DNA from: Vicugna vicugna
Taxonomy: Eukaryota
Direction: 5' to 3'
Assembly (NCBI GenBank): GCA_013265495.1
Contig: MU058781.1
Location: 972,963-1,036,962, forward strand
DNA length: 64,000 nt
Under the pieces are notes generated by a model. The model searched no databases, was not told where the DNA came from, and worked only from the letters and a program-made list of their open reading frames with translations. Position numbers and translations under genes: made by a program. Of this stretch, positions 54,473-64,000 are shown piece after piece (the first letter of the stretch is position 1; the number at the start of each line of letters is the position of its first letter).

Positions 54473-57400
54473 ACATTTTAGGTGCTTCACGAATGTTTCT
54501 TCTTTGACATTAAGTTAGATGTATTTCTAAGTCCCTATTATATAGGTAATACAAGGAAAAAATTCTTGTCCATAAGAAAATTGTGATGAAGTCTGGAACA
54601 AAACACATTTAATCTACAGCGCAGGATTAAACGATGAGTGAGTAGAAGCCAGCATATAAAATGGGAAACTCCTGACTGGAATTGTTATTATATGGATAAT
54701 CAGGATGCTGGGTTGTTATTATAGGATTAAATCATATTTTTATTATTTTAATACTGTTGATTGGATCTGATTCTTTAATAACACATACTAGTTGTGGCAA
54801 AATTATTTGATAAGAATCATTATCCCCATTTTACTAAAAATTGGTAACCTGAGAGCTTAACTGAGCTGTCTGAGGCCACATAAGCTTTAGAGTCTATTTG
54901 AATCCATCACTCTCTGTAGAACGCAAATTCACCCGCCACACCGTGACACTTCCCTCAAAAACTAACCAGCTGAGCCAGGAACACCTAGGAGAAGCTGTTC
55001 AAGATTTCTGACTGAGGAAGTGAAATGCTCACTGTTACATCTTAAACACTAATTCTGGAATGGACTGGGGCAGAGGGAACAGAGACAGGGAAAACTGCTA
55101 AGGTTTTGTTCAAGTGGTTTCTACCTGCTACCTGCTACCTGGTGGGTATTAAACTTCCTTAGTAACAGACATTTTGTTAATAATTGCATGGTTAATATTT
55201 ACACTGGTCAGCAATAAAATGTTTTTTACATTTAAAGTATAGTATTTATGCTAAAATATACTTTCCTTTAATCACCTGAGGGGAAAAACTGAAAAGATCA
55301 GATATTTACACACCTCTATTTCAGTCAAGATTTTTAGAAAAACAGTATCTTCTGGGGTTGTTTCAGGGGGATTACAAACTGCCTTGGCATGTGCTTCAAT
55401 TCAGATCAGGATCCACACCCTTTCTTCCTCCACAGTCGGTCCCACCCTTTCTCATTCTTAAAATTCTTGCTTCTGCATTTCTCATTCCCATCAACCATCA
55501 CCCAGTCCTTCAACAATTGTATATTATGACAAAAATGATGAAATTCCAAACCTCTCAAAATGTGTGCAGGTAGCTGTGATCAATGCACATGCTAAGAAGT
55601 AAAACGGCATTTGCTGGGAGAAGGAAGAAAGTGAAGGTTGGGAATAGGAGCACGCACGACCCACAAGGAAGTGGAAAAGCTACTTCAACGACAAAGTGGA
55701 AATACACATCTTTAATCCTCAGAAAAACTTTCAAGATGACCATTATTGTTCCTGGGAGGTGAGTTCTCTTCCACAGAACCCTTGTGGCTCAGGAAGCTAA
55801 AGCCATCCCCACCCCGACATGGACACGTGATCCGGGATGGAGCCGGTCGGCAGCATCCTGGGCTGTAGCCCAGTGAGGAGTTCGGGGCCTGAACACACGA
55901 CCTATGGAACCCCATCAGACAGGACATTTGCAACAAGAGTAAGGAAAAGCATCACACGTAGATTTTCGCAACCCGAGATCATTCATTTATTTATTCATTC
56001 ATTTACAATTTCAGTAGCTGTCCACAGTTTCATAATAACTCTGGAATATGACTTTGAGGCAAACACATTAAAATTGACCCTGAGGTTTATAAATGGTCCT
56101 CGACGGCTCTACTATAGTGATTTCTCTTGTCTCAACTGCAGAGGGGCAATTATTAGAGAGGGCCTCCTCCTATGAAAAAATAAATGCCTGCTCTAGGCAG
56201 CCATATGCCTCAGTCCTGTGGTCTTATTTCTACTTTCATTTTTACTTCACCATAGATCCCATATGCCTAATTTCAAGCTTTCAACCATTTATTTCATTAG
56301 AAAAAACTCTTCCAAAATATTTTGGATTCCAAAGAATATCTGACAAACTACCTTTAGCTTAATTAACATATAATATACAAATATATATTGCTTGATTAAT
56401 AATTAACTAATAATGTATATTAGTATATAGTAATAATATAAATTCCTAGTTGATACGCTTCTCCAGACCACTGAATGAGGTTCTCTCCCAGTGAGTGTAC
56501 CTGTGAATGACCACTCGTTAACTTTCAGCATGGCCTGCTGTTTTCTCATCAACTTGCACATTTCCTTAAACTTGGCATGCTTGGGCATGCGTATTTGAAT
56601 AACCTAAACTGAAGGCATTAAAACAAAGTTAACATGCAAAGTGCACTGCAATGCATTCTTTCTGTTCCAATTCATTATGTAATAATCTCATTGGATCTAG
56701 GACCATAGAATCATAGAAAATGGAATGTCCACATTTGCATTTTTTTCAGGAAAAATTAATTCAACTTCATTGATCATCCTTTGGGGACACTGAGTATATT
56801 ATTTCAAACAATAATTCAAATTCTCTTACCTCATTAACCTACATGTGTTAAACTGTCAGAAATTTGACCTGGTCGAAATTTGAGCTTATCAGACGCTCTG
56901 CAATTTTGCTTTATCTCAATATGAATCTGTTTCATCACTTACTTTTCTCCAGCAAGTTGCCGAGATTAATTCTACCGCTTCACTGTGTGGGCATGGCTAG
57001 TCAATTAGGTTCAAATTTCAGTCGCTCTTAACTGTGTGACTTTAGGCAATTACTTAACATCTCTGAGTCTTAGTTTCCTCATCTGTAAAGAGCACGTGGT
57101 AATATTTATCTCTCTTCTAATGTGAGCAATAAATCAGTTGAGGCATATAAAGTACTTAGGTCATGACACTTAGTAAATAGTAAATATCCACATCTAACTT
57201 AATGGCACATCATTACTGTTAGTATCAGTTACACCGTGGTAATACTGGGCTCTCTGCAAATATGTATTTACATATATAAATATATACACATATATAAAAA
57301 GACTTCATATATATATTTATATATGTGTGTGTCTTTTTTTTGTTGTTGTTATTCTACCATTTATTTTCCTTGTTCTCATCTGGGAAGATGAGTACACGGT

Positions 57401-57993
57401 TATGAATGAATGAATGAAGCCTTTCCCACCAACCCGAACATCTTATCATGCTGGTCCACTTGTCCTTGGGCTACTCCTGACTAAGGAACAACTATGTCCA
57501 GTGTTTGGCAGGGTCTTCTGTTCAAAAGATGACAAACTGTTGAGGAAACAGATCTTAAAGGAGACTTCCTATGAATCTACCAGTCTTAAATTGGGAAAAA
57601 GGCGAAATTGCCTGGCTCCACAAAGTTCACATTCACGGAAACATTAGCTATTCTCAGAAATCACTGTCAAGGTCACAACCATTCATCCAGACTCACTGGA
57701 GTATTTTATTTCTCAGAGCTAATTCCATCACACGCTTATAATAATCCAGGCACTCTATTAAAGGTTTACCTGAATTCGTTCTCTCATTTTCTCTTTTCAT
57801 AAAAAGCTTACACCAACCTATGAGGTGGGGACTATTATTATTCCCATTTTACAGGCTGAAAGCAAAAAACTGAGTCACAGAGAAGTCAGCTTGCTCAGTC
57901 ACACAGTAGGAAATGATACTGCTGAAATTCAAACACCAGCCTGTCTGTCCCCAGAGGCTGTTCTGTCACCTATATGTCACACACTCCGACTTA

Positions 57994-58425
57994 CTTTTTA
58001 ATTGAAGTATAGTCAGTTTACAATATGCCATTTTCTAGTGTACAGCATAACGTATCAGTCATATATATACATCTGTATATTCGTTTTCACATTCTTTTTC
58101 ATTATAGGTTACTGTAAGACATTGAATATAGTTCCCTTGCGCTACACAGAAGAAACTTGTTTTATCTATTTTATATACAGCAGTTAATGTTTGCAAATTT
58201 CTAACTCTCAGTTTATTCCTCTCCATCCCCTTCCCATCTGGTTAACCATAAATTTGTTCACTATGTCTGTGAGTCTGTTCCTGTTTTGTCGATGGACTAT
58301 TACTCAGCCATAAAAAGCAATAATGCCATTTGCAGCAACATGGCGGCGCCTGGAGATCATCATTCTAAGTGAAGTAAGCCAGAAAGAAAAAGAAAAATAC
58401 CATGTGACATCACTCATATGTGGGA
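57994..58425 (-). mobile_element. L1 3'-end insertion with 5' inversion (twin priming)
   Basis: 57994-58290 is antisense L1 3' end and 58291-58425 is sense L1 (tactcagccataaaaag…ctaagtgaagtaagccagaaag). TSD ccgactta at 57986-57993 / 58426-58433. Confidence 0.85.
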
Positions 58426-59255
58426 CCGACTTAGTATTCTGTCACACAACCAACGTCTTTTCCAAGAACTCCACATAAAAGACAGTTAGGTGAATTCAGA
58501 ACCTAAGCTTTAAAAAATATATACAGCACAATAATATTAGCTGACTTTTATGGAGCACTTTATATTATTCAAAAACACTTTCAGATACTTTTTCCAGTTT
58601 CTCTGTCACAACACTACAAGTGTCATTCCCACTGTTTCACAGATAAGAACACCGAGCTACAGAACAGCGCCGACGTGCTGTGCTTCAGATCTCACAGCTT
58701 AGAACACGGGGCAGCAGGATTCCCCGGCAAGTGGGTTACTTCATAACTTGGTAAATTTTTTTCCTTACGTTTTGATCACATGTCTGGTTTTGAAAACCAC
58801 TGTTTTACCTAAAGATATTATGACTGCTTCTCACACGCTTTCCTATTTTCCTGGTTAGTTCACATCTTTCTTCAACCTAGAAATATTAGGGCAGCCTCAC
58901 AGAGACCAGCCATCCCCTTCCAGGAACCAAATCTGGGAAGCCTCAGCTGTCGCTGCCTATGGTGGTACCCCAAAGATGGATAAAGACAGAAAAGCAACAT
59001 CTTCCAAGGAAGCAGACCACAGAAGCACTAACGTCCACAATTCATCAGTATGAGAAAATAACTCAGTACTAAAATCACAAGGCCAGTAATTAATATCTCT
59101 GATTACTCTGTTTCATAAATGCATCAAGACATAAAGTAAAGCAAAATTTTAAGAGCAGAAAAAAGTACTTTATCTCATCAAGTCAGCTGCCACTGTGTTA
59201 CTGTCATATCCTTGACTTTTCTCTCTGCTCTGTAATTTTTTGCACTTTCTTTTAC

Positions 59256-59469
59256 CTACACTGCCTCCAGGTGTTGATCTGACCTATACTGTCCAAACCC
59301 TTCTGGCAGGCTCTAAAATCAACAAAACTTCCTCCTGCTGCCGGAACTACACTAATGTTAGACCATGAGACTTCCTCCCGTATATGTTCAGCCCTCAGTG
59401 TAGAGCTAGCCCATACCAACAAAAAAGCCTCCAGCGCCTTTCCTCCAGTCCTCTCTTCATTCACTGCCT
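59256..59469 (-). CDS. OFCC1: Probable internal coding exon of an OFCC1-like gene (…AVNEERTGGKALEAFLLVWASSTLRAEHIREEVSW…QINTWRQCR)
   Basis: Long pyrimidine tract (tttctctctttttattttctgtttccatt) followed by gtggaag|, an open frame of about 71 codons, and a donor AG|gtaaaa at 59255-59254. It is on the same strand as the confident exons and is non-repetitive. The acceptor position is uncertain, and the exon ends in phase 2. Confidence 0.6.
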
Positions 59470-59799
59470 CTTCCACAATGGAAACAGAAAATAAAAAGAG
59501 AGAAATTATGTTCCAAACATCATCTGTCCCCCATCACTGCCTCCTGAAATTTGTTCCCAATCTTAAATTTCCCTCCAATTAAGGAAAAGTGCTAAAATAA
59601 ATAAATAAATATGCCAACCCAACAGGCTTTCATGTGTCACCACCAAGTCCCAGTTTAGTAAGTCATAACTTGGTCTGAACTCATGCTCTTTTCTTTCTGT
59701 TTTTCTGAGCTTTTATTGTACAGTAAGACAATTTCCTAGATGCTAAGGTACTCAGTAGAAAAGGTAAAGTTCCCCTTTCAGGGGTCTATCATTTATGAA

Positions 59800-61000
59800 A
59801 TTCTTATCTGTCAGCAAACAGATAATTAAGTGCTAGAGTGAAGGTTTCTCCAAACTCCATTAGAACCGAAGGACCACCTGAGTTTTCCTGGGAGAAGTCA
59901 ACTGGCAGATGCCTCAGGAAGAGGGAACAACGTGTCATGAGCAAGGAGGCTTCTTCCTGCAACCACGAGAGATCTGATCATTGCTAGAACGTGAAAGACG
60001 AAGGGCAGAAAAGTAGGAGGTCAAGGTGGAAAAACTGGCAAGGGTGAGAGAATAAGAGGCCTTGAATATATTCCAATGTAATTTTGTTTTACCTTTCTTT
60101 CACTCTTACAAAACTACTGAGTGTCTCTTTTGGCCTTATAGACAAAGGGGAAACCATTACAGATTTCAAACAGGAAGCAGTCAGATCAGATTGTCACAGC
60201 AGTGGTGTGCAGGGCGGATGCCACTGCAGAGAAGTGGGTACAGCAGGTACAGTCACAGTGCGAGGTGGCCAGGGCTGACACTTTAGGGACATTGCAATGG
60301 GGCTGGAGAGAAGGAGCGAGGTTAGAGAAATGCACGGGAGGTGAATGAACAGGACTCAACGGCTGATGTGTTAAGGAAAAGGTAGGGATTGAGGATGACT
60401 TCCAGGTTTCTAGTTTGGATAACCACATAGACAGTGGAGTAAGTTTCAACGAGATAAAGAATTCAAGAAGAGGAGGTTTGAAAAAAACAGGCAAGGAGGG
60501 GAAAAAACGGGAGCATCCAGTAGTGGTGTCTTAAAGGCAGTTTAATATATAGCTCCGGAGAGCAGGTCAGCAATCCGGGCTGGAGATACAAATGTGAGTC
60601 TTCAGCTGAAAGTTGAAGCTGTCATACCAGGTGGGATGACCCGCAGTAAATGTGCAGAGCATGAAAAGAACCTGGGTTACAAAGAATTCCAGGAAAAACA
60701 ACATTTTAAAGATAGACTGGACAGGAGGACTTAGAGATGAAAGAGCAGTTGTAAAAGCAAGCAATAAGGGAGTCTCAGGAAAGTAGAAGGTGTCTGATGT
60801 TTTGAATGCAACAAGTCAAAGTATGAATTTAAATGTGATTGACTGGGTAACTGTAGGTCACAGAAGGAGAAACTGTCTTGGTGGTCATATGGGAAACTAA
60901 ATATTAGAGGACTGAGAAAAGGCTGAGAGGGAAAACAAACGGAGAAAGCAAGGGGGTATGATTCTTTCTAGTTTAGAAGGTGAGCAGTATAGACATTTAT
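59800..61000 (-). mobile_element. L2 remnant
   Basis: Purine-rich sequence with gaggatgacttccaggtttctagtttgg and gggctggagatacaaatgtgagtc. Confidence 0.72.
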
Positions 61001-61139
61001 GGCCAGAGGAGAAAAGGGATAAATGGTCAAGGAAGAGTTGCCATTATGTTTGGTTGTTTTTTTAACCTGAGGGTGACTTAAAATAATAGTTTGCTAAAGA
61101 GAAAAAAAACTTTAAATGAGAGTTTGAAGATTCTGGCAA

Positions 61140-63290
61140 GAGAGACTTCTGCCTCTACTTGAGTCATAAAAGTCTCCAGAGAATGTCCCTCCCACCTGAA
61201 AAATAAAACAAAACTATATAATCTACAAAATCATATTTTTAAACCCTATTTCAGAGCTGAGGTAAAAAAACACATCATCAAATAAAATCCAAAAAAGTAT
61301 TATTCTCTCCTAAGAGAGACCTTTGTAATGTATTGCCAATTATATGTTTAAAGATACATGTGTTTTCAACTTCTTAGTTTCTATTGATTATTTGAAGTAT
61401 TATAATAATAAAACAACGTATTGGAGGTTACAGCATTTATAGAACTAAAACATACAGCACCAAGAGCACAAAGCATGGGAGTTTTACTATTAGAAACATA
61501 CATTGTAAAATTCTTAAATTTTTTTGTGAAGTAGTAAAATATTTTTGAAGGCAGACAGTGATAAGTTAAGAAGCATATTGTAATTTTCAGAACAATATTA
61601 AAGGAAAAAAAATCTCCAGGAGGCATGATTTTTAAAAAATCAGTAGAATCGATTAAATGCATACAAAAAAAAAAAAACCCTTACTTGATTCACCACAAAA
61701 CAAATCCCTCAAAAAGGCAAGAGAAACAGAGCAACAAAGAGCAGACAAGACAAATGGAAATCAAATAACAAGATAATATATTTAAACCCATGATTATTAG
61801 TGATTTTATCAAATGTAAATGGTTTAAATATCTTTATATAAAGGAAGAGACTGTCAGACTAAATAAAAACCAAGACCAAACTATATGTGGCTAGTAAGAA
61901 ATATACCTTTAACATAAAATGTTTAAAGGAATAAAAAAATATAAATTACACAAACAATTAAGCGTGAGGAATCAGATGTGACCGTATCAACGTCAGAAAA
62001 GCTAGACTGAAAGATGCAGAGTATGACCAGAGAAAAAGAGGGGCGTTTCATAACGATTCAAGGGAAAAAGCAACAATCGTAAAGGCATGTGCTGTAATAA
62101 TAAAGCTTCCGGACACACAAAAGAACACCTGGCAGAACTAAAGAGACAAGCCCACAGTCATACTTGGGGCATTCAGTAATTGCAAAAGACTCCCCAAAAT
62201 CAGTAAAAATGTAGAAAATTTTAAAAGTGCTTTCAAACAACTAGACCTACTTGACATGTATAGAACATTATACCCAATAATAGTGTAACGTGCTGTCTTC
62301 TCAAGGGTACATGGGAACATTCAGTAAAAACTGACCATAATCTGGGCCTAAAAACAAAATACAGCAAATGTCGACAAAGACTAACGTAACGCAGAGTATC
62401 TTCTCTGATCACAACAGGATTAAATTAGAAATCAACAACAGAAAGATCTCTAGAAGAACTGCCCGAATATTCGGAGATTAAACAGCAGGATTCTAGAGAA
62501 GCCACTGGTCAAAGGACAAATTGGAAAATATGTTGAACTAAATAATAATCAAAGGGTAACATGACCGAATTCGTGGAATACAGCGAAGAAATACAGAGTA
62601 GAAAATTTATAGCATTCAAAGTCTACCTTGTAGGGAGTACATATGAAATATAAGATCAGTGATGTATGTTTTCACCTTAAACCTTAAAGAAGTGATAAAG
62701 CAAGTTAACCCCAAAGTGAGCAAATACAGGTGTCCTGAAGAAGAGCCTGACTCCTTTTTTGATGCCTGACTGCTGACAGCTTTCAAGTCTGACCCTCCTG
62801 TGGGCCTCGCCTCCTCCACAGGTGGCCACGCTGATAAAAAGCCTAGGCACTCCCTGCCTTGGTGCCAGCGGGGGGTTCAAACCATGCAAGCACCTGCTGC
62901 CTGTGGCGACTTCGCCCTGGCCCCGCCACCCAACCACAATAAAAGCCAAGCTGTCTCGTCCCCTCACTCCCTCAAGCTGTTCTGGACTCACTGGTGAGCC
63001 TGTCCTGCTCTCCCCAGAAAGCCTCATTCCGTGAGTAGTAAGCCTTATCCTATGCTCTTAGTGTGTGTGTATGGGACCATCTGTCTTCCCAGCTGAAGTC
63101 ATTTTGGGGTGGGGTTAGGATCCGTTGCACATGGCATCACATCGTGGAGTGATGCGGTAACAGGGAATCACGAAGATAAAGGAAGAAACCAATGAAACAG
63201 AAAATGAACAAATAATAGACAAATCCCCAAAAAGTTAAAAAAAAATTACTTCTGGGAAGATTATGAAGATAGGAAAGGAAACGAACAATT
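61140..63290 (+). mobile_element. Old L1 remnant spanning the ORF1 end and ORF2 endonuclease region, interrupted by an LTR
   Basis: aaatgtaaatggtttaaat, ttctctgatcacaacaggattaaattagaaatcaacaac (decayed SDH motif), and aaatttatagcatt. Many stops. Confidence 0.82.
62731..63162 (+). mobile_element. ERV(L)-class solo LTR (MER54/73/74-like) inserted in L1
   Basis: TG…CA termini, a GC-richer 430-bp block, an internal AATAAAA, and L1 ORF2 text resuming on both sides. Confidence 0.7.
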
Positions 63291-64000
63291 GCTTTAGAAC
63301 GGTACGTGAGGAAGACGGAGGATGTGAAGAGCTGGGGAGAGCGATGACCCACACTCAGGAGGGATTCGCTGGCTTCAGGATCAGGGACACTTTTTTAGCC
63401 TGAAAAGTTGCTTTGCTTTGCATTTTCCTCTGTGTTTTACAATGTAGTGTACACAATGAATCAAAATAACTTTAATGAAATTATTCGGTGCTTCACGTAT
63501 GTAATCATACTGTTTAAATCAGTGTTTCTTAACTGTGGAGGGGGTGTCCCTAACACCTCCATCCCACCACTGTCAAAGCACCTTTTCAGAATCACCTGTA
63601 AGGCTATTTAAGTGATATTTCCGCGGTTCTTTTCATGGGAAAGCCAAAATCCAGACTGCTTGAGTGTTTTTCCCAAGTAATAGGGGGCTAGTCTGAACTT
63701 TGAGGCCCAGAACCCAGAACTCATCCCTCCTAAGGATGGGTCTTCAGAGACTATGTCTCCTTCTCAAAACATAAAAGGTTGATCCTCACCAAGTACAATT
63801 AGAACATTTTATTTATGATCTTATTCTGCCACAAATAAAAAGATTGAAATCAAATAAAAACTGAATTAATTAAAGAGCTGAAAAATAAAAGTGTGTCCAT
63901 GCAATTACAGGCAGCCAAGCACTGCTGAAATTATATAGTCCGTCAGAAGAGAGGTTTGGCAGCCCAAAGGGAAGATATCAATTTTCTTTTCTTTTCGAAG

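Noticed and set aside
55555..55765. Possible + strand exon (tgcag|…GAG|gtgagt)
   Set aside because: No pyrimidine tract, no partner exons and no recognisable peptide.
56860..56882. Short imperfect palindrome aaatttgacctggtcgaaattt
   Set aside because: Too short for a pre-miRNA or MITE, and no supporting context.
1..64000. A novel multi-gene system, operon, CRISPR or defence locus
   Set aside because: The window is mammalian intronic DNA explained by one spliced gene plus known repeat classes. No long ORFs, arrays or foreign-composition islands were seen.

Overview
This window is AT-rich placental-mammal genomic DNA, not microbial. Seven copies of a tRNA-Ala-derived SINE that I recognise as the camelid Vic-1 type suggest a camel, alpaca or llama genome (inference). 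The window appears to lie inside one large minus-strand gene. Three exons are confident and splice in frame: 42591-42818, 21352-21615 and 18013-18223. Two more are probable: 59256-59469 and 10602-10768. The peptide (…PQPLQMQMKCIRGLKNKAPRG…HESLYV|MLPPKK…GWAAFP…GKFKCPLLRG…WLCNLYFQ|VIKLP…) matches my recollection of OFCC1/MRDS1 (the fish ojoplano ortholog); this was not confirmed by a search. The rest is intron filled with L1, L2, MIR, MaLR/ERVL LTRs, hAT DNA transposon relics, SINEs and microsatellites. Almost all ORFs in the supplied track are chance ORFs. I found no evidence for a new biological system. The most interesting observations are possible inactivating lesions in the OFCC1-like gene (a splice-phase conflict and an in-frame stop), a nested inverted L1 insertion, a twin-primed L1, a two-layer local duplication near 31.3-32.1 kb, and a few repeat-free blocks that may be enhancers. 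Repeat boundaries are approximate and subfamily names are by eye.
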